Assembly: GCA_963727485.1 (NCBI GenBank)
Contig: CAVSGM010000003.1
Location: forward strand, 672,001-736,000
Direction of reading: 5' to 3'
DNA length: 64,000 nucleotides
Origin: an uncultured delta proteobacterium
Lineage (GTDB): Bacteria > Myxococcota > Myxococcia > SLRQ01
The notes under the pieces are model-generated. The model saw only the letters and a list, made by a program, of their open reading frames with translations. It searched no databases and had not been told where the DNA came from. How positions within the stretch are numbered: the first letter of the stretch is position 1; every line of letters starts with the position of its first letter. Positions 32,460-43,896 of the stretch are shown piece by piece. Both the position numbers and the translations under genes were made by a program.

Positions 32460-32843
32460 TCAGCCGTTGCCCGAGGCCTGCTTGGCCTCCTGGGCCTCGA
32501 GCTCCTTGCGCACCTCGTTCATGTCCAGCTTCTGGACCTGACCGATGATGTCCTCGAGGGCCGAGGCCGGCAGGGCGCCGGGCTGGGAGAAGATGCCGAT
32601 CTGCTCCCGGAAGATCATCAAAGTGGGGATGGAGCGGATCTGGAACATCGCGGCGAGCTCCTGCTCGGCGTCGGTGTCCACCTTGGCGAACACGATGTCC
32701 GGGTGCGCCTCGCTGGCCTTCTCGAAGGTCGGGGCGAAGGCCTTGCAGGGCCCGCACCACGCGGCCCAGAAGTCCACGAGGATCGTGTCGTTGTTCTTCA
32801 CGATCTCCTCGAAGTTGTCCTTGGTCATCTTGACGGTAGCCAC
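32460..32843 (-). CDS. trxA: Thioredoxin
   Basis: DFWAAWCGPC, IRSIPTL. Confidence 0.93.
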   Translation of the reverse strand: MATVKMTKDNFEEIVKNNDTILVDFWAAWCGPCKAFAPTFEKASEAHPDIVFAKVDTDAEQELAAMFQIRSIPTLMIFREQIGIFSQPGALPASALEDIIGQVQKLDMNEVRKELEAQEAKQASGNG

Positions 32844-32927
32844 ATCAGTCTCCTTCCGGGGCGTCCGCGGGGGACGGGCACCCGCTAGCGTGGTTTGGGG
32901 CCAGCATAATCCGTCTCGCCACCTTGG

Positions 32928-34620
32928 CTATGGGTCGTGGGGGAAGTCATCCTCCCAGAACTCCAGCGCGCCCCGGGTGTCCTCGGCCCGGCGCGTCCGC
33001 TCGGCCTGCCGGAGCTCCACCCTGCGGATCTTCCCGGAGATGGTCTTGGGGAGCTCGCCGAACTCCAGCCGGCGGATGCGCTTGAACGGCGCCACCTTCC
33101 CCCGGACGAAGTCGAGGATCTCCCGGGCCAGCTCCGGCCCCGCCTCGCGCCCGGGGACCAGGGTCACGTAGGCCTTGGCCACCGCGAGGCGGATGGGGTC
33201 GGGGCTCGGGATCACCGCCGCCTCCTGGACGGCCGGGTGCTCGATGAGGACGCTCTCCAGCTCGAAGGGGCTGATGCGGTAGTCCGAGCTCTTGAACACG
33301 TCGTCGGCCCGGCCCACGTACCAGAAGTACCCGTCGTCGTCCCGGGCGGCGACGTCGCCGGTGCGGTAGAAGCCGCCCTCGGTCACCGCCGCGGTGCGCT
33401 CCGGGTCGTCCATGTAGCCAGTCATCAGCCCCAGCGGCCTGGGGTCGAGGACCAGGCCGATCTCGCCCTCCTTGGCCCCGGGCTTCCCGTCGGGGCCGAG
33501 GAGCTCGACCCGGTAGCCCGGCAGCGGTCGCCCCATGGACCCGGGCCGCACCGGCTGCCCCGGGGGGTTGCCGATCTGGGCGGTGGTCTCGGTCTGGCCA
33601 TAGCCGTCGCGGAGCGTGATGCCCCAGGCGGCCTTCACCTGGTCGATGACCTCGGGGTTCATGGGCTCCCCGGCACCCACCAGCTCCCGGAGCTTCACCT
33701 GGTAGGACTTCAGGTCCTCCCGGAAGAGCAGGCGCCACACCGTCGGCGGGGCGCAGAGGCTGGTGACCCCCTTGTCGACGATGACCTGGAGGGCGGCCTT
33801 GGCGTCGAAGCGCGTGTAGTCGTAGATGAACACCGTGGCCCCGGCGTTCCAGGGGGCGAAGAAGCTCGACCACGCGTGCTTGGCCCACCCCGGCGAGCTG
33901 ATGTTGAGGTGGACGTCGCCCTCGCGCAGGCCGATCCAGTACATGGTCGAGAGGTGGCCCACCGGGTAGCTCTGGTGGGTGTGCAGCACCAGCTTGGGCT
34001 TCGCGGTGGTCCCGGAGGTGAAGTAGAGGAGCAGCGGGTCGCCGACGTCGGTACGACCGTCGGGCTCGAAGGCCGCCGGCTCGGCGTAGGCGCCCGCGTA
34101 GGGGTGCCAGCCCTCGGCGGCGGCGCCGGTGGTGATCTTGGTGTACGACCCCGGTACCCCCGCGAACTTGGCGACCCCGGCGTCGTCGGTGATCACGTGG
34201 CGCACCTCGCCCCGGTCCACCCGGTCGACCAGGTCGTCGTGGGAGAGCTGGGTGGTCGCCGGGATCACCACGCACCCGAGCTTCATCGACGCCAGCATCA
34301 CCTCCCAGATGGGCACCACGTTGGGGAGCATCACCAGCACCCGGTCGCCGCGCACCGCGCCCCGGCGCCGGAGGAAGTTCGCCACCTGGCTGGAGCGCCG
34401 GGACATCTCGGCGAACGAGAATCTTCGTCTCCTCGCCGGTCTCGCTGACGATCCACAGGGCCGGCCGGTCGTTGCCCTGGGCCATGACGTCGAAGTGGTC
34501 GAGGGCCCAGTTGAAGTGCTCGAGCTGCGGCCAGGTGAACTCCCGGTAGGCCGTCTCGTAGTCGGTGCGGTGCTCGATGAGGAAGTCACGGGCGGCGAGG
34601 AAGACGTCGGTGGGGGTCAT
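32928..34620 (-). CDS. Acyl-CoA synthetase / AMP-binding protein (frameshift ~34420)
   Basis: FNWALD.FD, YFTSGTT..PK, DGYGQTET, YRTGD, GRADD, LPKTISGKIRR. Confidence 0.9.
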
Positions 34621-34723
34621 GGGCGCGCTCCGGCTCGAGGGGGGGCAGGGGATCCGTCCCGAGAGACTAGGGACCGCGCGCGCGTGGGAAAGACGCAACG
34701 CGTCACCGCGGCGCCGGTCGGAG

Positions 34724-35934
34724 TCAGAGCAGCCGGCGCGGGTGGACCACCACGTTGGCCACCAGGAGCCCGGCGACGATGGCCACCGCCACCAGGACCA
34801 TGGTGAACGCCGTGTCCACCCCGGCGACCACGTTGCGGTCCAGGAGCGCTAGAGGCTCTGGAACCCCAGGCTCCCGGGGACCAGGAGGATGAACCCCGGG
34901 GTCAGCGGCACCAGCGCCGGCCGGTCGAAGCGCCGGGCGAAGGCGTTGCTCGCGGCGGCCACCCCGAAGCCTCCGATGAAGGCGCCGAGCGCCGGGCCCA
35001 GCAGCGCGGTGCCCACCCGGGCGCCGTAGTAGGCCAGCGCGCAGGCGGCGAGGATCCACCCCAGGCGCTTGAGGCGCGCCTGGAAGAACACGGTCAGGGC
35101 CAGCGCCGTCACCGCCACCGCCATCGCCTCGGTCCACGCGGGCAGCGGCGGCACCGACACCTGGGCCACCGGACCGAAGAGCGCCCGGGCCACCTTCTCC
35201 CCGGCGGCGACCCCCAGGGCGAGCTGGAGGAAGACGATCCCCGCGGCGGTGAGGCGCGCGGTCCCCGAGACCAGGTTCCGGGTGGCGAGCTCGGCCATGG
35301 CCACGGTGAGGGTGAAGCCCGGCACCAGGATGATGAGCCCCGAGAGGGTGGCCACGTAGAGGCCCACCGGGCCGGCGAGGCGGGCGGCGAGGTGGGCGAT
35401 GAACGCGGCGGCGAACCCGGCGACCAGCTCGTAGACCCGGGCGCCGGTGCCCTCCCGGCCCAGGCCCAGCGAGAGGGCGCCGATGACCGCCCCGATGACC
35501 GCGGCGGTGAGGAGGTCCCGGAGGCCGCCGTGGAAGAACCGGGTCACCGCTCCCGACGCCACCGCGAAGGCCAGGACCGTCGCCACCTTCCCGTAGGGGG
35601 GCGGGGCGGCGACGATCTCCCGGACCCGGGCCACCCCGGCCTCGGCGTCGAGGTGGCCGTCGATGATCCGCGCCACCACCGCGTCGAGGCGCTCGAGCTT
35701 CTCCAGGTCGATGCCCCCGGGCGCCACCCGGAGGAGCGCCGTCCGGGCCTCGGTGGCCTTGCCGAAGCCGGCGAGGAGCGCGGTGGGGGTGGCGTAGAAC
35801 TGCCCCTCGAGGCCCAGGGTCCGGGCGACCCGGGCGAGGACCTCCTCCAGGCGGTGGGCCGGGGTGCCGTAGGCGTGGAGGGCCCGGCCGAGCTCGAGGA
35901 CGAAGGCGGCGTCGGTGTCGGGGGCGTCGGCCAC
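34724..35934 (-). CDS. ThrE-family threonine/serine exporter (frameshift ~34850)
   Basis: ELGRALH.YG.PAHRLE, LIILVPG..LT.A..EL, SG..RL, ILLVPG; about 10 TM segments. Confidence 0.88.
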
Positions 35935-35986
35935 GGGCGCTACCTACCACACTGGGGGCCCGGTCCGGGTGCTAGAGTCCCGGACC

Positions 35987-38047
35987 ATGCGACGCCCGGG
36001 CTCCCTCCTCCTCGCCTGCCTCCTGGTCCTCCTCGCCGGCTGCGCCCAGGTCGGCGGGGGCGGCGGCGGCGCGGCGGTCTGCGGCAGCACCGGCGGCACC
36101 CAGGTGCACTTCGACCCGAGCCTGGGCAAGCTCGCCACCCCGGCGGCCACCTGGCTCGCCGCCCCCTGGCCCGCGGACTTCCGGAAGACCGCCCGGGGCA
36201 CCCTGCGCATGGTCGACTTCCCGGGGACCGGCGAGCTCATCTCCGACTACGTCTCCGTGGCCCAGGGGGAGCTGACCGGCTACAGCACCGCCGGGGGCAT
36301 CTACCTCGCCTTCACCGGGGCCCTCGACCCGTCCACCCTGCCGTCGGGACCCGGGGCGGGGCTCGCCGACGGGGCCACCGTGCAGCTGGTGGACGTGACG
36401 CCGGCGTCCCCGGAGTACGGCCAGCGCCGGCCCCTGCGCCTCATGTGGCAGGCCCAAGGCGACGACTTCCTCCCGGCGGACACCCTGGCGGTGGGCCCGG
36501 CCTGGGGCTTCCCCCTGCGCCCGAAGACCACCTACGCCCTCCTGGTCACCACCGGGGTCAAGGACGCCGGCGGCCACGCCCTCACCCAGCCCCCGCGCCT
36601 CGCCTGGCTCCTCGGGGGCGACAGCCGGTGCCGCAGCCACTTCGATCCGGCGGGTCCCGACGACACGGTGTTCTCCGACTTCGCGCCGTTGCGCGGGCTC
36701 CTGAAGGCCGAGAAGACGGACCCGGCGACCCTCGCCGCGGCGACGGTGTTCACCACCCAGGACACCCTGGGGCAGATGCGCGCCATCCACGACCAGATTG
36801 AGGCGGCGCCGCCCCCGGCCCCGGACCCCGCCGGGTGGCAGGCCATCGGGCCCAGCGGGAGCTACAGCCAGGCCCACAGCTACCAGTGGTCCCGCACCCA
36901 GACCGTGCAGTACCACGTGATGGAGGGCCGCTACGACGCCCCCAACTACATGGAGGGCGAGGTCCCCTACGCGAGCCAGGGCGGGGCCTTCCACTTCGTC
37001 AACGGTGAGCCGGCGCCGGTGCGCACCGAGCACCTGCGCTTCGTCCTCACCGTCCCCGACGCGCCCCCGCCCGACGGCGGGGCCTGCTACCCCATCGTGA
37101 TCTACCAGCACGGCACCGGGGGCGACGCCTACACCTTCGTGAACAGCGCCACCGGCGCCCGCCTCGCCGCCCGCGGGCTCGCGGCCATCGGCATCGACCA
37201 GCCCCTCCACGGGCTGCGCGCCGAGGGCAAGAGCTTCAACGTCGAGCTCGCCACCTTCAACCTCCCCCACATCGAGGCCGGGCGGACGGTGATGCGCCAG
37301 GGGGCGGTGGACACCTTCTCCCTCGCCCGCTTCGTGCGCCACTCCCTGACGGTGCCCGCGGACAAGAGCCCCACCGGGCGCGCCATCTGCTTCGACCCGG
37401 ACCGGGTGCTCTTCTTCGGCCACTCCCAGGGCGGGATCTCCGGGTCGATGACCGCGGCCCTCGAGACCCACATCCACACCTGGATGCTCTCGGGCTCCGG
37501 CGGCGGCATCTCCATGACCGTGATGCAGCGGACCTACCCGGTGAACCTCAAGGCGCTGGTGGCGTCCCTGGTGGGCATCCCCGCGGAAAAGCTCTCGGAC
37601 CTCCACCCGGTCATCACCCTCATCCAGACCCTGGTCGACGTCTCCGACCCGCTCAACTACAGCCCCTGGTGGGATCGGTGGGGCAGCCCGCCGGTGGGCC
37701 AGAACGTCCTGATGACCTCGGGCCTCGCGGACCAGGACACCCCGTACCTCACCGCCGACGCCGAGGCGGTCGCCGCGCGGATCCCGCTGGTGGCCGCCGC
37801 CGACGGCTCCATCGCGGGGCCCATCCCCGCCTACTCGGTGCTGGGGATGGACCCGCTGGCCCCGCCGGTGTCGGCAGACCTGGCGACCTCCGCCACCGGG
37901 GGCTTCGCCCAGTGGCCCGCGCCCTGGGACCACTTCGTGGTCTTCGACAAGGCGGAAGCCATCGACACCTCGATGCACTTCCTCCAGTCCGCCGCCTACG
38001 ACGGGGGCCCGGTCATCGAGCGCCACCCCAACGCCGACGCCCGCTGA
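35987..38047 (+). CDS. Lipoprotein with Ig-like domain and alpha/beta-hydrolase (lipase-like) domain
   Basis: Lipobox LAGC; YQHGTGG, IDQPLHG.R, nucleophile elbow GHSQGG. Confidence 0.8.
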   Translation: MRRPGSLLLACLLVLLAGCAQVGGGGGGAAVCGSTGGTQVHFDPSLGKLATPAATWLAAPWPADFRKTARGTLRMVDFPGTGELISDYVSVAQGELTGYSTAGGIYLAFTGALDPSTLPSGPGAGLADGATVQLVDVTPASPEYGQRRPLRLMWQAQGDDFLPADTLAVGPAWGFPLRPKTTYALLVTTGVKDAGGHALTQPPRLAWLLGGDSRCRSHFDPAGPDDTVFSDFAPLRGLLKAEKTDPATLAAATVFTTQDTLGQMRAIHDQIEAAPPPAPDPAGWQAIGPSGSYSQAHSYQWSRTQTVQYHVMEGRYDAPNYMEGEVPYASQGGAFHFVNGEPAPVRTEHLRFVLTVPDAPPPDGGACYPIVIYQHGTGGDAYTFVNSATGARLAARGLAAIGIDQPLHGLRAEGKSFNVELATFNLPHIEAGRTVMRQGAVDTFSLARFVRHSLTVPADKSPTGRAICFDPDRVLFFGHSQGGISGSMTAALETHIHTWMLSGSGGGISMTVMQRTYPVNLKALVASLVGIPAEKLSDLHPVITLIQTLVDVSDPLNYSPWWDRWGSPPVGQNVLMTSGLADQDTPYLTADAEAVAARIPLVAAADGSIAGPIPAYSVLGMDPLAPPVSADLATSATGGFAQWPAPWDHFVVFDKAEAIDTSMHFLQSAAYDGGPVIERHPNADAR

Positions 38048-38060
38048 CCCCGGGGCGCGG

Positions 38061-38601
38061 TCACGCCGGGGCGTGGGCCTCGTGGCGCAGGGCCGTCCCC
38101 CGCACCTCCCGGCGGATGGGGAGGATGAGCGACGAGGCTCACGCCGTAGACCAGGTTGTAGACCAGGAGCCACGTCTTCTCGACGTGGCCGAACATCACC
38201 GGGTCGGCCCAGGGCATGATGAGCCAGGTCATCACCACGAAGAGGCCGGCGCCGTAGAGGAGGCTCATCCACAGCTCGGTCACCACGCCGACCTTCCGCG
38301 GGAGCCAGGTGGCGTAGACCACGCCGAAGACGGCGCCCAGGAAGAGGTGGATGACCACGCCGAGGACCACCGCGCCCACCGCACCGGCGGCGACGGTGTC
38401 GAGGGCCCGGGCCCCGAGGAAGGTCCCGGCGACCAGCTTCATCGGGGTGAACAGGCCCAGGCCCTGGGCGGCGCTGACGAACATGGCGACCAGCCCCATG
38501 GCCACCGCGCCGGCCACGCCCGCGAGGATCCCCGGGGTGAAGAAGTCCCGGGCGGGTGGGGGATCGCTGGGAGGCGGGGTGGGGGCGGGCTGCGTGTCCA
38601 T
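38061..38601 (-). CDS. Hypothetical membrane protein (frameshift near the 3' end)
   Basis: G..AG..GAVAM, G..IH...GAVFG..YA, four hydrophobic helices. Confidence 0.65.
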
Positions 38602-38680
38602 GGCGGAAGGTAGGACGGCGCGTGGGCCCGCGGAAGGGACCCGTCGTTGTCGGCGGCGAGGCGCCGGGGTAGAGGAGGGC

Positions 38681-39412
38681 ATGGCCCGGGTCCTCATCGC
38701 CTGCTCCGACGTCGACTTCGATCCCACCGAGGTGGTGGCGCCCTGGCGGGTGCTCACCGGCGCCGGCCACGAGGTGCGCTTCGCCACGGTCACCGGCGCG
38801 GTGGGCCACGCCGACCCGCGGGTCCTCGCCGGGCCCCTCTTCGGGACCCTGGGCGCCCGCCCCGAGGCGGTGCGCGCCTACGCCGAGCTCGAGGCCGACC
38901 CGGGCTTCCAGGCGCCGGCGCGCTACGCCGACGTGGACCCCCGGACCGTGGACCTCCTGGTGCTCCCCGGGGGCCACGCCCCTGGGATGCGTCCCTATCT
39001 CGAGTCCGAGGCCCTCCAGGGCCTGGTGGTCGCCTGCTTCCGCCGGGGGATCCCCGTGGGCGCCATCTGCCACGGGCCGGTGGTGCTGGCCCGGAGCGTC
39101 GACCCCGACACCGGCCGCTCGGTGATCGACGGCCGGCGCCTCACCGCCCTCACCGAGACCCTGGAGCTGACGGCCTGGGCCCTGACCAGCTGGACCCTCG
39201 GGGACTACTACCGGACCTACGACACGCCGGTGGAGGCCGAGGTCCGCGCCGCCGCCGGGGAGACCGGGCGCTTCGAGACCGGGCCGCTCATGGCGTCCTA
39301 CGGCCGGCCCTTCGTGGTCCGCGACGGGAACCTGATCACCGCCCGGTGGCCCGGGGACGCCTGGGGCTGGGCCGCGTCGCTGGCGGTGGCCGTGGCCCAC
39401 GCCGCCGACTGA
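38681..39412 (+). CDS. DJ-1/PfpI (class I glutamine amidotransferase-like) protein
   Basis: DFDPTEV..PW, LPGGH, GAICHG, DGNLITARWPGD; GAGGAG RBS. Confidence 0.9.
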   Translation: MARVLIACSDVDFDPTEVVAPWRVLTGAGHEVRFATVTGAVGHADPRVLAGPLFGTLGARPEAVRAYAELEADPGFQAPARYADVDPRTVDLLVLPGGHAPGMRPYLESEALQGLVVACFRRGIPVGAICHGPVVLARSVDPDTGRSVIDGRRLTALTETLELTAWALTSWTLGDYYRTYDTPVEAEVRAAAGETGRFETGPLMASYGRPFVVRDGNLITARWPGDAWGWAASLAVAVAHAAD

Positions 39413-39481
39413 CCGGCCGCTCTTGCGCCCGCGCCCCGATGGGATAGACACCGGGGGCACGCCCCCGACCGGAGGTCCCCC

Positions 39482-40705
39482 ATGCGCGTCCTCGTCGCCG
39501 ACACCCTCGCCCCCGCCGTCCCCGGCCGGCTCCAGGATCTTGGATGCGAGGTCCTGGTGGAGCCCGGGCTCAAGGGCGAGGCCCTCACCGCCCGCCTCGC
39601 CGAGGCCCGCCCGGAGGTGCTGGTGGTGCGCAGCACCAAGGTCACCGGCGCCGACCTCGCCGCCGCCCGGTCCCTGGCCCTGGTGATCCGCGCCGGCTCC
39701 GGGGTGAACACCATCGACCTCGAGGTCGCCAGCGCCCGGGGCGTCTACGTGGCCAACTGCCCGGGGCGCAACGCCGCCGCGGTGGCGGAGCTGGCCCTGG
39801 GCCACCTCCTGAACCTCGACCGGCGGATCGCCGACAACGTGGCGGCGCTGCGCGAGGGGCGCTGGGACAAGCAGGGCTTCGGGGTCGCCCGGGGCCTCAA
39901 GGGCCGGCGCCTCGCGGTGATCGGCGCCGGGCGCATCGGCCGGGAGGTGGCGCGCCTTGGCCAGGCGCTGGGCATGGAGGTGGTGATGTGGTCGCGAAGC
40001 CTCGACGACGCGGCGGCCGAGGGCCTCGGCGTCGCCCGGGCCGAGAGCCCCGAGGCGGCGGTCGCCGGCGCCGACGCGGTGAGCGTCCACCTCGCCGCCA
40101 CCCCCGAGACCCGGGGGCGCCTCGGCGCCTCGGTCTTCGAGGCGATGAAGCCCGGGGCGCTGTTCGTGAACACCGCCCGGGCCGAGGTGGTCGACACCGC
40201 CGCCATGCTCGCCGCCGCCGACGCCAAGGGGATCCGCTGCGGCCTCGACGTCTTCGACGACGAGCCGGCGGCGAAGCAGGGGCCCTTCGAGAGCGAGGTG
40301 GCCCGGCACCCGGCGGTCCAAGGCACCCACCACATCGGCGCCTCCACCGCCCAGGCTCTGGAGAGCGTGGGCGAGGCGGTGGTGGACATCGTCGCCGCCT
40401 ACGTCGACGGCCGGGAGATCCCCAGCTGCGTGAACCTCGCCTCCCGCACCCGGGCCACCCACGTCCTGGTGGTCCGCCACGCCGACGAGGTGGGCGTCCT
40501 GGCGCGGGTGCTCTCGGTGCTCCGGGAGGCGGGCCACAACGTCGAGGAGATGCAGAACACGGTCTTCTCCGGGGGCGCGGCGGCCATCGCCCGGATCGCC
40601 GTGGTGGGCGAGCCCGCGGCGGACACCCTCGACGCCCTCCGGGGCGAGGCGACAATCCACGCGGCGACGGTGACGCCCATCGCCGTGGGCCGCCCCGAGG
40701 GGTGA
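39482..40705 (+). CDS. serA: D-3-phosphoglycerate dehydrogenase-like (D-2-hydroxyacid dehydrogenase + ACT)
   Basis: VRST, RAGSGVNTID, GAGRIG, NTARA, HIGAST; C-terminal ACT domain. Confidence 0.8.
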   Translation: MRVLVADTLAPAVPGRLQDLGCEVLVEPGLKGEALTARLAEARPEVLVVRSTKVTGADLAAARSLALVIRAGSGVNTIDLEVASARGVYVANCPGRNAAAVAELALGHLLNLDRRIADNVAALREGRWDKQGFGVARGLKGRRLAVIGAGRIGREVARLGQALGMEVVMWSRSLDDAAAEGLGVARAESPEAAVAGADAVSVHLAATPETRGRLGASVFEAMKPGALFVNTARAEVVDTAAMLAAADAKGIRCGLDVFDDEPAAKQGPFESEVARHPAVQGTHHIGASTAQALESVGEAVVDIVAAYVDGREIPSCVNLASRTRATHVLVVRHADEVGVLARVLSVLREAGHNVEEMQNTVFSGGAAAIARIAVVGEPAADTLDALRGEATIHAATVTPIAVGRPEG

Positions 40706-40762
40706 GGGGGGCGGTGCCCCCCGGCGGGTCCTGGCGCGGGCGATGCACGGGAAAACCGGGTC

Positions 40763-41725
40763 ATGGACGCGACCACCACCCACCCTGCCCCTCCGGTGGT
40801 GGCGCCCCACGCTGGCCTCCGGGCCGGGGTGTGGCGCCTCGCCGATCCCAAGATCACCCTCGCCTCGGCGGCCTCCCTGCTCCTGGGCACGGCGCTGGCC
40901 GCCCGCCACGGCCCCCTGGCCTGGGGCTGGCTCGGGGTGACCCTCGCCGGGATCTTCTGCGTGGAGGCGGCGAAGAACGCCTCCGGGGAGATCTTCGACT
41001 GGGACAGCGGCGACGACCAGGCGGTCACCGAGGCCGACCGCAGCCCCTTCTCCGGGGGCAAGCGGGTCCTGGTGGACGGGCTGATGACCCGGCGCCAGAC
41101 CGCCTGGGTGGCGCTGGCCTTCTACGTCGCCGGGATCCTCGCCGGCCTCGCCATCGCAGTCTGGCGCGAGCCGGCGGTCCTCTGGGTGGGCCTCGCCGGC
41201 GTCGCCCTGGCGTTCTTCTACCACGCGCCGCCCTTCAAGCTCGCCTACCGGGGGCTGGGCGAGGTGGCGGTGGCCCTGACCTACGGGCCGCTGATCGCCG
41301 GGGGCGCCTACCTGGTCCAGCGCCACACCCTCGGCCCCGACGTGGTCTACCTCTCGATCCCGCTCGGGCTCCTCATCGGGGCGTTCCTGCTCATCAACGA
41401 GTTCCCCGACGCCCGGGCCGACGCCACCGCGGGCAAGCGCACCCTGGTGGTGCGCCTGGGCCGCCGGCGGGCCGCGTGGCTGTTCACCTGGACCATCCTG
41501 GTCGCCTTCGTCCTGGTGCTCCTGGCCCCGGCGTTCGGCCTCCCGGTGGGGGTGTGGCTCGGGGTCGCCGGGGCGCTCCCGGCGCTGGCCGCCGCCGGCC
41601 GGCTCCGGCGCCACCGCGACGACACCCAGGAGATCATCCCCGCCCAGGGCTGGACCCTCCTGTCCTTCGTGGTCACCTCGGTGGCGATGAGCATCGGGGT
41701 GGTGGCCGGGGTCCTCTTCGCCTGA
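40763..41725 (+). CDS. menA: 1,4-dihydroxy-2-naphthoate prenyltransferase (UbiA family)
   Basis: N...E.FD..SG.D, Y.GLGE, NEFPD..AD..AGKRTLVVRLG. Confidence 0.82.
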   Translation: MDATTTHPAPPVVAPHAGLRAGVWRLADPKITLASAASLLLGTALAARHGPLAWGWLGVTLAGIFCVEAAKNASGEIFDWDSGDDQAVTEADRSPFSGGKRVLVDGLMTRRQTAWVALAFYVAGILAGLAIAVWREPAVLWVGLAGVALAFFYHAPPFKLAYRGLGEVAVALTYGPLIAGGAYLVQRHTLGPDVVYLSIPLGLLIGAFLLINEFPDARADATAGKRTLVVRLGRRRAAWLFTWTILVAFVLVLLAPAFGLPVGVWLGVAGALPALAAAGRLRRHRDDTQEIIPAQGWTLLSFVVTSVAMSIGVVAGVLFA

Positions 41726-41871
41726 GGCGCCGGTGCACTGGTTGCGCCGGGGGCGGCAGGGGGTGCGGGACCGCGCGCGTGGTGCGCCCCGGGCACGGGA
41801 CGGGCGGCGCCTGCGCGACGCCGCCCGCCCCTGCGCCGGCCCTTCTCCGGCGCGCGTGGCCGTCCTGAAGC

Positions 41872-42321
41872 CTATCGCCTCGGCTGCGGCCGGGCGCCCG
41901 CGCCCTTGCCGAGCTCGGGGACGATGCCGATCTGCTGGGCCATGCTCATCACGTCGTAGAACAGGTGCCCCTCGACGATCTTGCCGCTCTTGTCGAAGCG
42001 GCTGTAGCTGGCGCCGTCGATGGCGAACTTCTTGTTCGACGGCGGGCTGCCCATGAACTCGCCCTTCTGGGTGCCGGTGCAGTGCCAGAGGCCGATGACC
42101 CGCTCGTTCTCCACCACGTAGTCGTTCATCTGGACCTTGAGATCCGGGAAGGCCTTGCGCAGCATCTGGATGCCTTCCTTGAACTGGGCAATGTTGGTCT
42201 TGCCGATCAGCGGATCGTGGCCCACGTACTTCGGGGCGCAGACCTCGTCGATGATGTCGAGGTTGCCCTTCGAGTACCCCTCTTCGGCGAGGCGCCGAAC
42301 GTTCTGCTTCACGTCTGCCAT
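41872..42321 (-). CDS. SnoaL-like ester cyclase
   Basis: AFPDL, GT.KGEFMG.PP..K, GKIVE; AAGGAG RBS. Confidence 0.88.
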   Translation of the reverse strand: MADVKQNVRRLAEEGYSKGNLDIIDEVCAPKYVGHDPLIGKTNIAQFKEGIQMLRKAFPDLKVQMNDYVVENERVIGLWHCTGTQKGEFMGSPPSNKKFAIDGASYSRFDKSGKIVEGHLFYDVMSMAQQIGIVPELGKGAGARPQPRR

Positions 42322-42470
42322 GATGGGCTCCTTCCGCGCAGGCGTGCCCCGCGCACCTTGCAGGTAGGTCCCGGGGCCGGCGGCGGTAGAGCGTCCGGTG
42401 CCCCAGCGTCCGGTGCCCCTGGGCGACGGGCCCGAGGGGCGGGACGCCCGGCGGGCGAGGACCCCGTGCG

Positions 42471-43816
42471 CTATCTGGCCCAGGCCACGGTGACGACCCC
42501 GTAGAACGGGAAGGGCTGGCTGTCGTCGACGCGGATGTTCTGGGCGGTGGGGGTGGCGGTCACCGGGGGGCCGGCCAGGGCGTCGGCGCAGGCGACCTCG
42601 GGATCCTGGGAGAGCTTGTCGGCGTTCTGCTGGCCGACCTGGTCGAGGATGAGCTGCTTCACGTCGAGGTTGGGGTCGCCCACGGCGCCGCCGGCGACCT
42701 GGTCGAGGTAGGTCCAGGGGAGGTCGCAGTGGCGCAAGGTGAGGTCCGCCGGGTGGTAGCCGGCGCCGATGGCGGTGTGCACCCGCACGCACCCGGGGGT
42801 GGCGTCGTCGGGGGTCACGGTGAGGGTGACCCCGCTTCTGGCCACCAGGTCGTAGTGCACCACCAGGTGGCTGCCGCCGGTGCCCGCGGGGGCGCACACG
42901 TCCCAGTCGGTGGGCGAGACCTGCTCGGCGTCGATGAGGCCGAAGGAGCGCAGGCGGGGGGTGACGCCGCTGACCACCCGGATCACCTCGTTCACCAGGT
43001 ACTTGGGGAAGGGCAGGGTGCCCGCGTCGTCGAAGCGCGTGGGGTCGCCGGTGGCGCCCAGCAGGGTGAAGTCGGCGTTGTAGCGCTCGGTGTCGCGGAA
43101 GGGGTTGTAGTAGGCGCGGACGGTGGTCTCGTTCCCGCTGGTCCTTGGCCCAGGCGAGGAAGCTCATGGCGTGGAGCTCGGTGGAGAAGTCGTCGTGGCC
43201 GCAGTCGTCGATGTAGCGGCCCTGCACCAGCGCCCAGTCGCCGAGGTCGGGCAGGTCGAAGCCGGGCTGGAAGCCGGTGGCGTTCTTCTCGGCCATCTGG
43301 GCCCAGGTCTGGCCGGTGTCCGGCGAGGGGTCGGCGGGCAGGTGGGGGATGTAGCCGGAGGCGAGCTCCACGTGCATCATGGTGGTCCCCTGCTCGCCGG
43401 TGTGGGTGCCCAGGTGCTCGGTGTAGGGGCGGTAGACGGAGTCGAGGACGAGGTTCATCGACAGGTCGTTGCCCAGCTCGTGGCTCATGGGCAGGTCCTG
43501 GGGACCGAGGTGGGTGGTCTTCACGGTCCCGGCCACGGCGATCTGCTCGCCGCCGGGGACGATGTCGGCCCACTCCTGCATCACCTTGGCCTGGGTGATG
43601 GAGGTGCTCTGCAGCTCGCGCAGGAAGGTGGCGGTGTCGGAGCCGCAGACGGCCTTGGCGGGTGAGGCCGGTGGGCGCCGGGCCGTTGTGCGCCAGGACC
43701 ACGGCGTTGTCGTGCCAGTGGATGGGGTGGGTGCCGATGGGGGTCGCGCCCCCGGAGGGTCCGCAGGCGGCGAGGGCGGCGGCGGTGGCGAGGACGGGGA
43801 GCAGGTGGGTGCGCAT
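42471..43816 (-). CDS. Hypothetical secreted lipoprotein (frameshifts ~43660 and ~43140)
   Basis: Lipobox LAAC; joined from three ORFs; contains G..I.DCGH....TELH. Confidence 0.55.
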
Positions 43817-43896
43817 GGGAGACCTCCGTACGGCCCTTCGATGCTAGCACCGTCGCCCTGGACGCGGCGGCGGCCGCGTCGGGATCCGCTGGCGCC

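Noticed and set aside
23783..43816. Single frameshifts in the GMC, HIT, acyl-CoA synthetase, ThrE and other genes as programmed frameshifting
   Set aside because: No slippery sequences or shared context; scattered single-base indels are better explained by sequencing error.
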